Assembly: GCA_964551295.1 (NCBI GenBank) | Contig: CAZKDJ010000002.1 | Coordinates: forward strand, 1,096-65,095 | Direction of reading: 5' to 3' | DNA length: 64,000 nt | Source: an uncultured Anaerolineales bacterium | Lineage (GTDB): Bacteria; Chloroflexota; Anaerolineae; B4-G1 | Part shown: positions 43,024 to 53,400 of the stretch, piece by piece | Layout of the letters: each line of letters opens with the position of its first letter | Numbering within the stretch: position 1 is the stretch's first letter | Notes under the pieces: generated by a model | The model's input: only the letters and a program-made list of their open reading frames with translations | Database searches by the model: none | Told to the model about the DNA's origin: nothing | Made by a program: the position numbers and the translations under genes

Positions 43024-45123
43024 GTGGATTCCCATTTGTCTGCGACCAGGGTGGCTAGAAGCCAAAGGTTTTTTTGGGCGGGCTTGGTCTTTGTTTTTCT
43101 TTTGGCGCTCCTGCTACGCTTAATCTATCCGGTAACGCGGCCTATGCTGTGGTACAAACGCTCTGTGCGCTTTTGGGATGCTTTGCAGGAGGGAGACCTG
43201 AGCGGCACCTACCAGCGATATCATCCGGGTGTTAGTGTGATGTGGATCGCAGGTCTGGGATTGCGCATATATGCAGTCGCGCACGGCTGGTCGGGTGATG
43301 AACTCTTGAATCCACCGCCGGGTCCTCTGGGCCGCCGGGATTATCCAGATGAGGCAGGCGTGGCTGCGTTGAGTATTGTCATCGCCGCCTGTGTTGGATT
43401 GGCCTACGTCTTGTTGACCCGCCTGACAGATTGGCCGGTGGCGTTTAGCTCCGGATGTCTACTGGCATTGGATCCGTTTTACATATACTTGAGCAAGATG
43501 ATTCATTTGGATGCTATATTGGCGAGTTTTATGCTGATCAGCGTGCTGTTTCTTATATGTTATTTGCAACACAAGATGAGGTCGGACTTGATTCTTGGCG
43601 GGGCATTTGCCGGGTTGGCCTTTTTGACCAAGAGCCCCTCCGGTTTTCTATTGCCTTACACCCTAATGGTGATTGGGTATTTCTCTCTCTCTCATTCGTT
43701 GACCTTACGGGACAGCTCAGTCAAGAGTTCAGAGAAAGGACATCGGTGTGTCCAGTTACTATGGGGCGTAGTTCGCACGATGGGCGGGTGGGGGATTGTC
43801 GCTGGCCTCGTTTTCTTTCTTGTATGGCCTGCGGCGTGGTTTGCCCCCTTGGACACGCTCTCCAAAGTGGTTCAAGAGGCACTTTTCCGCGCCGAGGTGC
43901 CTCATCACGATGTGTTCTTTGCCGGTCGAGTGTTTGATGACCCGGGTTGGCTCTTTTATGGAGCGACCATAGCGTGGAAGACGACCGTCATTACACTACC
44001 GGCAATCTGCATAGCCCTGGTCTTTTTGGTTCTGCAGTGGAGAGGGGGGAGGGACGTCCGGCATATGTGGTGGCTGTTGATTTATGCCGGGGGATTTCTT
44101 TTGATGATGACTCTAGCGGCCAAGAAAGGAGAACGCTATGTCTTGCCCGCTTTTCTACCATTGGATATACTGGCCGCCTGGGGATTGAACCGGATGGCGA
44201 GGACCGTTGGACGATGCAATCGACTGCGAAACCAGAGCTGGGTTCCGGCGGCGATGATTGCGACGGCGTTTGTTGTCCAATCTGGCGTGGTGCTTGAGCA
44301 TTACCCTTACTACAGTACGCACCATAATTCCCTGTTGGGTGGTTCGCGAGTGGCGCAGAGGGTTCTCTCTCTGGGCGATCAGGGAGAGGGTTTGGATTTA
44401 GCCGCGCGTTTCCTCAACAGCTATCCGGGGGCGGAGCGGAGGACAGTCGGTTTGCAGAAAAGATTCATCGATTCATTTGAGCGCGACTTTGTCGGGCGTA
44501 CTCGGCGCATCAACGAGCCTGGCGTAGATTACAGGGTCTTTGCCGTCAACGTCAACCAACGCGGACTGAACGCTGAGGAATGGGAGCGGATGTGGGAAGC
44601 TTGCCAGCAAGAGGGATCGCTGTGGTCGGTAGCCTTTGATAGCGTGCCTTATGTCTGGATTTGTCCGGCTTACCCGCACGATCCGGCGGTGTTCACCATC
44701 GACCATCGCTTGGATGTACAGTTAGGCGATCACATCGGTCTGCTGGGATATCGACTGAACTCCACTCAGCTTTCGGCGCGAGATGCGCTGACCGTGACGC
44801 TGTTTTGGCAGTCGGACGGGCGATTGGTCGAGGACTGTCACGTCTTTGTACATCTTGTAGCCCCGGATGGACGGATAGCCGCTCAGCACGATGGCGTTCC
44901 GGTGGAGGGCGAGCGGCCTACCTGGGATTGGCGAGACGGGGAGGTTTTCCAAGATGAGCACATACTGAGCATTGACCCGAGTCTGCCCGGCGGCGTTTAC
45001 ACGCTTTCTACTGGGATGTATGATCATTTGACCGGAGTTCGGCTGCCGGCGGTCAGTCCATTCGGCGATCGCCAGCCCGAGGATCGCATCGTGCTTCAGG
45101 GAGTTTGGGTGATAGCGCCATGA
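43024..45123 (+). CDS. GT-C-like membrane protein, class A-short, with 1 C-terminal module; close paralogue of 39218..41263
   Basis: PVTRPMLWYKRSVRFWDALQEGDLSGTYQRYHPGVSVMW. Module TVTLFWQSDGRLVEDCHVFVHLVAPDG. The exact start is uncertain (GTG 43024). Confidence 0.8.
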   Translation: MDSHLSATRVARSQRFFWAGLVFVFLLALLLRLIYPVTRPMLWYKRSVRFWDALQEGDLSGTYQRYHPGVSVMWIAGLGLRIYAVAHGWSGDELLNPPPGPLGRRDYPDEAGVAALSIVIAACVGLAYVLLTRLTDWPVAFSSGCLLALDPFYIYLSKMIHLDAILASFMLISVLFLICYLQHKMRSDLILGGAFAGLAFLTKSPSGFLLPYTLMVIGYFSLSHSLTLRDSSVKSSEKGHRCVQLLWGVVRTMGGWGIVAGLVFFLVWPAAWFAPLDTLSKVVQEALFRAEVPHHDVFFAGRVFDDPGWLFYGATIAWKTTVITLPAICIALVFLVLQWRGGRDVRHMWWLLIYAGGFLLMMTLAAKKGERYVLPAFLPLDILAAWGLNRMARTVGRCNRLRNQSWVPAAMIATAFVVQSGVVLEHYPYYSTHHNSLLGGSRVAQRVLSLGDQGEGLDLAARFLNSYPGAERRTVGLQKRFIDSFERDFVGRTRRINEPGVDYRVFAVNVNQRGLNAEEWERMWEACQQEGSLWSVAFDSVPYVWICPAYPHDPAVFTIDHRLDVQLGDHIGLLGYRLNSTQLSARDALTVTLFWQSDGRLVEDCHVFVHLVAPDGRIAAQHDGVPVEGERPTWDWRDGEVFQDEHILSIDPSLPGGVYTLSTGMYDHLTGVRLPAVSPFGDRQPEDRIVLQGVWVIAP

Positions 45124-45187
45124 CCGGTTGAGGAGACGACCGGTGACGGAGGGCATAGGGCGTAATCGGGGAATGAGAGGAGACAGC

Positions 45188-47683
45188 ATGAAACGATACA
45201 ATGTCGCAGTCTTTGGTCTTTACGGGTTAGTGACCATCGTGCTGGCATTACCTTTGGTCTTGAATCTGAACGCCATGCTGATTGGGAAAAGCAGTGACGT
45301 CTACATCAATCCCTGGGCCGACTGGTGGACGAAAAAGGCGTTTACAGAAGGATTGGATTTTTATCGTACTGACTATTTGTTTTATCCGCCGGGTGCGAGC
45401 CTCGTTTTTCACAGCTTTAGCCACACGAACGCCTTCGTCTCGCTACTTCTAACTCCGTTGATTGGGCATCTCGCTGCCTTCAATGTCGCTATCCTGCTTA
45501 TCTATGTCTTGAGCGGCTTTAACATGTACCTGCTGGTCAGCTATCTCACGGACTGCCGCCCGGCGGCCTTTGTCGCCGGTCTCATCTTTGCTTTCTTTCC
45601 CTACCACGTCTTTGAGAGCGCTCACCCTAACTTGACGTCAACCCATTGGATTCCCCTCTTTGTGCTGGCGCTTATACGTGCGCTCCGCGAAACCGGCGTG
45701 AGTCGGATCAAGCAGACGTTGCTGGCTGTCCTGTGGTTCCTGTTGACGGCGCTGTCGAGTTGGCTCGTTATGATCATGCTGGGCATATGGACGGCCCTCT
45801 ACCTGCTCTATGGGTTGTTTTTCGAGCGCTCCGAGTGGGCGCCGCAGGCGTTTCACTCCCTGGTTTTGTTGGCCATTGTGATCAGTTTGATCGTGACTCC
45901 GCTGTTGTGGCCTATCATTCGTGCGCTGGTGACGTCCAATACTGGATATGTCATTAGCTCCAGCGGCACGTCGAACGATTTGCTCTCTTTCGTCACCCCC
46001 AATCGGGGGCATCCGGTGGTTGGTTCCTTCGTGGAGATTCTGGATTTCGACGACGAACTGAGATTGACCAGAAAAGACACGGGATATCTTGGCTTCGTCG
46101 CTTTGGGACTCGCCATTGCTGGAGCGATCACCGCCGGTCGGCGGGCCCGTTTCTGGTGGGTGGGAGGACTGGTGCTCCTTGTCCTTACACTAGGTCCGCA
46201 AATCAGCTTCAATGGGGTTCCCCTGCACGCGTTCAAGTTGCCCTGGGCGATTCCCATCATCGGTGTCTTGAAGAATCCCCTCCGTCTCAATCTGGTTCTC
46301 TTCATTTGCCTGGCCGTCCTGTCTGGCTACGGCAGCCTGTGGTTGTACCAGAGGATTGCCGCGTTGCAGAGCCGAACGCTGGCCCTCGTGGCTCTGACCC
46401 TGGTTGCGGTGCTTGTGCTTCTAGAGTATTTGATCTGGCCGTTTCCTACCACCTCGTTGTCCCTCTCTCCTTTTTGGGACCAACTGGCTCGTGAAGAGGG
46501 AAACTTTGCCGTGGCTAACTATCCTCGGGGCAATCGACCCGAAAAGTACTACATGTTCTGTCAGATTTCTCATAATAAAAAGATTGTTGGCGGTCACGTG
46601 TCGCGTTCTGTCGCCGACGCTGATAATTTGAGTATCCCTTTGCTGGAGCGCTTGGGCGAAAATCCGGCCCCCAATCCAGCCTGGGCCATTGGCGAGGAAT
46701 TCGCCCAGTTGGCCGGTCAAGGCATTCGACACATCATCTTGCACAAGCGTTTCCTAGAGTCTGACGAGGTGGATGATTGGCGGGCGTGGTTTCCTTTCCA
46801 ACCATACTACGAGGACGAGCATCTGCTCGTCTTTCGCACTGCGCCTCGCTATGGGGAGGATTTCCAATTCGCGACCGAGTTAGGGGATGGCATCGGGGTA
46901 TTGGACGCCGGCGTCTCGACGCACAGCGTGGTGCAGGGCGAGTCGTTGGACGTAACGGTTGTGTGGGGCTCCCGGAAAGCGCCGTGCCAGGACTGGACGG
47001 CTTTTCTGAAGCTGGTGAGCCCGACCGGTCAGGAGGTGCAGCGAGCGTACTTTGATCTCTTTCCCGATTGGCCAACCTCAGAGTGGGGCGATAGCGCTGT
47101 GCTGCGTGGGCAGTGGACGCTGCAGGTGGATCCGTATATTGCGCAGGGTGGCACATACGCTATGGCCCTGGGCCTGGTGGATTTGGAGGCGGGCGAGCAG
47201 TTAGACACGTCGATCGAGTTGGGTCAGTTGGACGTACAGGTTGTCGAGCGGACGTTTGAGATACCTCGGGTAGAGATAGAAAGCGATGCCGTTTTTGGCA
47301 GTCAGTTGCGACTGCTGGGGTACGATACACGTCAGGCGGACGGTCAGATGAAGATAACGCTCCACTGGCAAGCGCTGCAGCGGACGGACACAGCGTACCA
47401 GTTCTTTGTACACATGATCGATCCAACGAGTGAAAAACTGGTCACTCAGGCCGACGTGATGCCCTATCATTGGACCTATCCGACCTTCTGGTGGGAGGCC
47501 GGCGAGATCGTCAGCGACGAGATCGCGCTTTCGCTGGCGGATGTGCCTCAAGGGAACTATCGCCTGGAGATAGGCGTCTATGATCCCGACTCTGGGGAGC
47601 GGTTGCTCCTCGTCTCAGGGCGTGACCATCAACAACCAGCGGATCGGCTCGTTCTGCCTGAGATGGTCGAGATTGTTGGATGA
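45188..47683 (+). CDS. Class-B GT-C-like membrane protein, mosaic: membrane part closest to 41301..42989, 2 C-terminal modules closest to 13959..16478
   Basis: MKRYNVAVFGLYGLV...LIGKSSDVYINPWADWW. C-terminus PRYGEDFQFATELGDGIGV...ITLHWQALQRTDTAYQFFVHMID...YPTFWWEAGE. GAGAGGA SD precedes ATG 45188. Confidence 0.82.
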   Translation: MKRYNVAVFGLYGLVTIVLALPLVLNLNAMLIGKSSDVYINPWADWWTKKAFTEGLDFYRTDYLFYPPGASLVFHSFSHTNAFVSLLLTPLIGHLAAFNVAILLIYVLSGFNMYLLVSYLTDCRPAAFVAGLIFAFFPYHVFESAHPNLTSTHWIPLFVLALIRALRETGVSRIKQTLLAVLWFLLTALSSWLVMIMLGIWTALYLLYGLFFERSEWAPQAFHSLVLLAIVISLIVTPLLWPIIRALVTSNTGYVISSSGTSNDLLSFVTPNRGHPVVGSFVEILDFDDELRLTRKDTGYLGFVALGLAIAGAITAGRRARFWWVGGLVLLVLTLGPQISFNGVPLHAFKLPWAIPIIGVLKNPLRLNLVLFICLAVLSGYGSLWLYQRIAALQSRTLALVALTLVAVLVLLEYLIWPFPTTSLSLSPFWDQLAREEGNFAVANYPRGNRPEKYYMFCQISHNKKIVGGHVSRSVADADNLSIPLLERLGENPAPNPAWAIGEEFAQLAGQGIRHIILHKRFLESDEVDDWRAWFPFQPYYEDEHLLVFRTAPRYGEDFQFATELGDGIGVLDAGVSTHSVVQGESLDVTVVWGSRKAPCQDWTAFLKLVSPTGQEVQRAYFDLFPDWPTSEWGDSAVLRGQWTLQVDPYIAQGGTYAMALGLVDLEAGEQLDTSIELGQLDVQVVERTFEIPRVEIESDAVFGSQLRLLGYDTRQADGQMKITLHWQALQRTDTAYQFFVHMIDPTSEKLVTQADVMPYHWTYPTFWWEAGEIVSDEIALSLADVPQGNYRLEIGVYDPDSGERLLLVSGRDHQQPADRLVLPEMVEIVG

Positions 47684-47725
47684 GCCGATTCCCCAATCCG
47701 TGATTTGGTGTATTGGATGAATTGC

Positions 47726-47753
47726 TTGTCAGCCAGCAGGGGGAGGCTATAAT
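47726..47753 (+). promoter_or_regulatory. Array promoter P4: TTGTCA-16-TATAAT
   Basis: TTGTCA at 47726-47731, 16-nt spacer, TATAAT at 47748-47753. A leader of about 100 nt follows, containing two hairpins. Confidence 0.55.
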
Positions 47754-47858
47754 GCCATGGTCTGCCACCATGGCCCGTGAGACCCGTTTTCTGCCAGGGG
47801 AGCACTTGGACTTCTCCCCATGCGTTGTTGGGGTGTAGAAATAAAAGGTGCAAGATAG

Positions 47859-50429
47859 TTGCCAGTAGACGCGCTGAAACAGATTAGATCGAAAGGCTTG
47901 GTGGGAGTGATCCTCTTGGCCCTCCTGAGCAATGTGGTCATCCTCTGGGGGCCTTCCCGCCTGCTGATCTTTGCGGCTGGGCTTGTTCTCGTCTGTCTGT
48001 TGCCTGGCTATCTGCTGGCCCGCGTTATCTTGCCCGGAGTCGGCTCGCTGAAGCGGTCGGAGTGGGCGGTGCTGACCATCGGACTGGGATATGCCGCCCT
48101 GATTCTGGGGACCTTGGTGCTCCACTACCTGCCTGGCCCGTTGATCCGCCCGTCTATCCTGGCACTGTACGATGGGCTGATCCTTCTGCTCGTGGTCGTT
48201 CTCTTCTGGCGTCGCCGGGATGACGCAACTCCTTCGGTCGGTCGCTCTTCGACGTACCACGATCTGCTCCTCTTGGCCGTGCTGCTGGTGGCTGCCTTTT
48301 TGCGATTCGGCAATCTCGGCTACTCCGAGTTCCAGGGGGACGAGTCGCGTGCTGCGCTGATGGCCGCTGCAGTCGTTCGGGGCCAGGAAGAGATTCTGTT
48401 CCTGCACAAGAAGGGCCCGGTCGAGATTTTGATCCCGGCCGTGTTCTATGCGCTGGATGGCACGCTCACCGAGCTTACGGCGCGCCTCCCTTTCGCCCTG
48501 GCAAACGTGACCGCTATCGCGACCATGTATCTCCTGGTCCGGCGGCTGTTCCCCCGCCAGGCGCTTGCCGCCCCGATAGCCGCCGGCCTGTTGGCCGTCG
48601 ACGGCTACCTGACGGCCTTTGGACGACTCCTGCAGTACCAAAGCGTGGTGTTCCTCATGATTGCGCTGGCGGCGTGGAGCGCGTGCGTCTGGCGTCGCCG
48701 GAAGCATCCGGCACTGATCCTGCTCGCGGCTTTGTTCCTGGCCGTGGGCGCGCTGGCCCATTACGAGGCTCTCCTGGCGGCCCCCTTCGTCGCCTGGATG
48801 TTTCTGGATCGCGGGCGGCGTGAGGGGTGGTCCGTCCGCCAGTGGCTCCGGCGCGCCTGGCGGCCCGTCGCCGTCGCAGTCCTCATCCTGGGCATGTTCT
48901 ACGTGCCCTTTGTCCGCCACCCCCACTTTGCCGAGACCGCCGAGTACATCACCGAGCGGCGCATCGGGGGCGGGTTGCTGTACAACCAACTGCACGAGTT
49001 CTTTTTCCGGGCCACCTTTTACAACTCGGTGTATTACATCCTATTTCTGCTGTTGGGGATGCTGTTGTTCGTGATGGACCAGCTTCGGATGGCGCTGCGC
49101 GCCTTTGGTTTGGCTGTGGGGATCGTGCTGCTTGCTGCTATGGCGGCCGTGGCAGCCTTTCCCCAAGCGGTCGTCGTCGGTGAACTGAACTTGGCCGTGG
49201 TGCCCTTTGCAGCGACGCTGCTTCTATTGATTGCCCTGCCGCGCGTCGAGACCAAGGTCCGGGCCACGCTCCTGTGGTTCAGTGTGCCGTGCTTGATCGC
49301 GCTCTTCCTGATGCAGAAACCCAAGACCCACGTGTATACGATGTTCCCGGCGGGGGCCGCTTTGATCGGCGTGACCATCAGCCGCATCGTCACCGGCCTC
49401 GATCGGCGCGTCGAGCGGGTGCTGAGGTCAGCGCGGGTCCGCCGGTTGGGACTGCTTCTGATCGGCGCGGCTGTGCTGGCGGTGTTTGGCTATTACACCT
49501 ATATCGTGTTCGTGCGGCACGAGCCGGACTTTCGACGTGGCTATCCCGAGACGCGGCCGGCCTTTTACCCCACGTTCTACGGCGACGAGTCCCCCAAGGG
49601 GGGTGGCTTTGGGTTCCCCCACCGTGGCGGCTGGAAGGCCGTCGGCGCGCTCTACGCCCAGGGCGTGCTGCAGGGCAGCTACAGCGCCAACGAGGAGACG
49701 ATCACCACGTCCTGGTACGTGCGCGGGGTGCCGTGGTGCCGCGAAGAGGCGGACTATTACTTCATCACCAGCGTCGTCCACGATCGCGACAAGATCCCCG
49801 AGGACCGCATTCTCCGGGAGAAACACCTGTTAGGCCGCGTCTGGTCTGAGGGCCAACGGGTGCTCGAGATCTATAGCGATCAGCCCGTGGATGAGTCGGC
49901 CGACTATGACCTGGCCGAGCTGGAGGGTGTGTTTGACGACGCGGCCCGACCCGACGTGTGGCTGTGGGCGCTGGAGCCTACGGCCCCTCGGCGCCGCGTG
50001 GACGCGCGCGTGGGGAAGTGGGCTGTCTTGGTGGGCGCTGACTTGCCCGATCAGGTGGTCGCCGGTGAGACGATGGTGCTGGCGCTGCACTGGCAGCCCA
50101 TCACTGCCTTCGATAGCGACTATATCGTCTTTGCGCACGTCGAGTTCGAAGGTCAGGCGCTGTGGGGCCAGCACGATGGGACTCCGGTGTGCGGCTCTAT
50201 GCCGACGACCGATTGGGAGCCCGGCGAGATGGTCATCGATGGCCGCTTCCTGCACATAGACCCGACCACGCCGCCGGGGGAGTATCCCGTGATCGTAGGT
50301 ATGTACGATTACCGGACGGGGGAGCGGCTGCCGGTGTCGGGCCGCGACGCCAACGTGTGGGGTAACGCGATACGTGTGGGAACAGTGCAGGTCTTGCCTT
50401 CAGCCGATGTTCAGGAGGGCACACCATGA
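47859..50429 (+). CDS. GT39/ArnT-like GT-C membrane glycosyltransferase homologue, class C, with 1 C-terminal module
   Basis: Extra N-terminal TM bundle, then LRFGNLGYSEFQGDESRAALMA...FLHKKGP (PMT_2/ArnT-type first loop). Module LALHWQPITAFDSDYIVFAHVEF...PTTDWEPGE. TTG start is uncertain. Confidence 0.8.
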   Translation: MPVDALKQIRSKGLVGVILLALLSNVVILWGPSRLLIFAAGLVLVCLLPGYLLARVILPGVGSLKRSEWAVLTIGLGYAALILGTLVLHYLPGPLIRPSILALYDGLILLLVVVLFWRRRDDATPSVGRSSTYHDLLLLAVLLVAAFLRFGNLGYSEFQGDESRAALMAAAVVRGQEEILFLHKKGPVEILIPAVFYALDGTLTELTARLPFALANVTAIATMYLLVRRLFPRQALAAPIAAGLLAVDGYLTAFGRLLQYQSVVFLMIALAAWSACVWRRRKHPALILLAALFLAVGALAHYEALLAAPFVAWMFLDRGRREGWSVRQWLRRAWRPVAVAVLILGMFYVPFVRHPHFAETAEYITERRIGGGLLYNQLHEFFFRATFYNSVYYILFLLLGMLLFVMDQLRMALRAFGLAVGIVLLAAMAAVAAFPQAVVVGELNLAVVPFAATLLLLIALPRVETKVRATLLWFSVPCLIALFLMQKPKTHVYTMFPAGAALIGVTISRIVTGLDRRVERVLRSARVRRLGLLLIGAAVLAVFGYYTYIVFVRHEPDFRRGYPETRPAFYPTFYGDESPKGGGFGFPHRGGWKAVGALYAQGVLQGSYSANEETITTSWYVRGVPWCREEADYYFITSVVHDRDKIPEDRILREKHLLGRVWSEGQRVLEIYSDQPVDESADYDLAELEGVFDDAARPDVWLWALEPTAPRRRVDARVGKWAVLVGADLPDQVVAGETMVLALHWQPITAFDSDYIVFAHVEFEGQALWGQHDGTPVCGSMPTTDWEPGEMVIDGRFLHIDPTTPPGEYPVIVGMYDYRTGERLPVSGRDANVWGNAIRVGTVQVLPSADVQEGTP

Positions 50430-53400
50430 GCCAAGCGCTCCGCCTGGAGGTCGCAGCCGTCCTCCTGATATTGGCCGCGAGCTTGGTCCTGCGCCTGCTG
50501 GATCTGGATGCCTTTGTCGCCTCCGATGAACTCCGTTGGACCTGCCGCTCGATCGCGTTTCGCCAGGCCCTGCGGCAAAGGGATTGGCCCGGCACTTTTC
50601 GTGTCGGTCATCCCGGTGTGGTCACGACCTGGCTGGGTGCCCTGTTCATCCCCCGCAATGATGTGCGTGCCTTGGAAACCTGCCGCGCCACGGGCGACGC
50701 CAAGAACCCCGAGACGGCCGGCGATACCCCCGCCGAGCAGACGGAGCGCCTGCGCGAGTTGGGCCGGCTGCTCTTTGCCGGCCGCGTCGGCATAGCCTTG
50801 GCGACGTGGCTGTGCATCGGCGTGCTCTATCTGCTGACGCGGTTGATATGGGGTCCAAAGGTCGCCCTGGTGGGCCTGATCCTGGTGGCGTTGAATCCCT
50901 TTTACCTGGCCCACTCGCGTTTCATTCACCTGGACGCTGTGCTGGCTGGCCTGATGGTTGTTTCCTTGCTCAACTTTCTGGTCTCGCGCCAGTCCGCGAG
51001 GCCGGGCCGGTGGCGCCTGGCTTTTGTGGCGCTCTCCGGCGGCGTGGGCGGGCTGGCGTGCCTGCAAAAGTCGCCGGCCCTGTTCCTGGCTCTCTTCGTG
51101 GGACTCGTTCTGGTCGCTGATGTCCTGCGAAACGGCGTCAGCCGCCGCAGGATCCTGGAGGCCTCCCGCGACCTGGCGCTGTGGGGCCTGGCGGCCGGGG
51201 TCGTCTACGTGGCCCTGTGGCCGGCCATGTGGATTGATCCGCTGGGCACGGTCGGGCGGGTGTTGGATACCGCCATCGGCTACGCCGAGGAGGGCCACGA
51301 GCCGGGTAACTTCTTTTTGGGCCGTCCCGTTCACGACCCCGGTTGGGCGTTTTATCCGACGGCGGTGCTGTTTCGCACGACGCCCTTGGCCCTCCTGGGC
51401 CTGATCGGCGGGCTGATTGGGATGGCGAGGGTTGGGAAGGGAGAGCGTCGATTGGGCCTGGCGCTCCTCTTGCTCTACAGCCTGCTGTTCGGCATCTTTA
51501 TGGGCTTGGGAAAAAAGATGTTCGATCGCTATCTGCTGCCCATCTTTCCGCCCCTGGAGATCGTGGCCGCTGCCGGGCTTGTGTGGATGGGCGAGGCCCT
51601 GTGGGCTCGTCTGCCGGGCAGGCTGCGCCCTCTGCTATTGACCGGACTGCCCGTCTACCTGATCGTTTTGATCGTCCGCCTCGTCCTGGTGTTGCCCCAC
51701 CATCCCCATTACCTGACGTATTACAACCCCTTGCTGGGCGGAGCGCCCCGGGCGCGCCAGGTGTTGCTGATGGGTTGGGGAGAGGGGTACGGAGAGGCGG
51801 CGTCCTATCTGAACGCCCAACCCGGCGCGCAGGATTTGCAGGCCACGGTGCCCGGCTTTCCCGTGTTTGCCGCCCTGTTCCGTGGCGAGACGCGCGACAT
51901 GAGGTGGTACAGCGTCTGGGAAAGCGACTATGTCCTGGCCTACGTCTCTCAGGTGCAGCGGGAACGGGACAAGGTCTCGACCACTGAATACTACGACGAT
52001 CCGCAAGTGCAACCAGAGCACGTCGTCACCTTGCACGGCGTCGATTACGTCTGGATCTATCGCAACGAGCACCATCTCAAGCCGCTCAGGTATCTGGAGG
52101 AACACGGCCGACCTGCTCAGGGGGAGTGCCTGTTGGTCAACGGTGGCTCGCTCATCGCCGAGAACTACGGGGGTGGGCTTCCGGTGTATGCGTTCCGCGC
52201 CCAGTGGGTTCCATCCCAAAAGGCGTACGTCTACTGGAGCGCCGAGCAGGTGGCGGCGCTGGTCGACGATATGAGCGGCGACTGCCGGCGGGTGTGGTAC
52301 GTCCGTTATCCCGAACACGAGGAGGAGGCGTATCTCGACGTGCTGCGAACGCGCGCCGTGCAGTTGGAGCGAGCGACCTTTCCGCACGTAGAGATCGGGC
52401 TCTATCAGTTTGTCGAGCAATTGGTTGAGCCTCGGCAATTCGACCTGCAGTTTGAGTCTCTACGCCTGCGCAGTTATGCCCTCACTAACCCGCCGCCGGC
52501 GTGGGGGCGGGACGGCGGCGTGATCCTGGAGTGGGAGGCCGTGCAGCCGCTGCAACGCGATTACAGCCTCTTTCTCCATCTCTACGATGGCCACGGCCAG
52601 CGCATCGCCCAGACCGATAGCCTGTTGATCGACCGGCGCCTGCGCCCGACCTCCCAGTGGGAGCCGGGGACACCGAATCGGGTCCTGTATCACGTGTCCA
52701 TCCCGCCGGGGATACCGCCCGGCAGGTACGAGCTGGAGTTGGGGGTCTATCTGCTCGAGACGGGTGAGCGGCTGGATTTGAGCGACACGGGCGAAAGCTC
52801 GTTCCGGCTGGCACTGGAGGTGGGTGTCCCGGACGTGCAGCCGGATGCATCGGACCTGGCGATTCCGCATCCGGCGGCGCGCGACGTTCTCCCCGAGTTG
52901 AGGTTGCTGGGCTACGATCTGGAGCGGGACGCGGTGTTGGCGGGAGAGGGGGTCACGCTGCGCCTCTACTGGCAGGCATTGGCCGAGATGGCGCAGGCGT
53001 ACCGGCTCCAACTGGCGTTGCAAGGCGCCGACGGGCAGGTCCACTGGCAGGCCGAGTCCGACCTGGTGCACACGGATCACCCGACGACGGAATGGCAGCC
53101 GGGTGAGCTGCTTCACGATCTCTACCCGCTCCCCACCGACGCGATAACGGCCACGGGCGAGGTGACCATCGCGCTCAACCTGTTGGATGCGCAGGGTGGC
53201 CCTCTGCTGGATCGTCCTGTCGAACTGGCGCAGTTGTGGGTTCAATCGCTGGAACCCAGTTTCGACGTGCCGCCGGAGATCGATCTCACGCATCAAGTCA
53301 ACTTTGGCGATAGCATCATTTTCCTGGGCTATGAATTGGACTCGGAATCGGTCAGGCCGGGGGAGAGCTTTAGCGTCAAGCTGTACTGGCAGGCCCGCCG

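Noticed and set aside
47770-47838. Shared MARETR N-terminus between the putative leader peptide and ORF 2796..3464
   Set aside because: The nucleotide sequences differ, so this is a six-residue coincidence.
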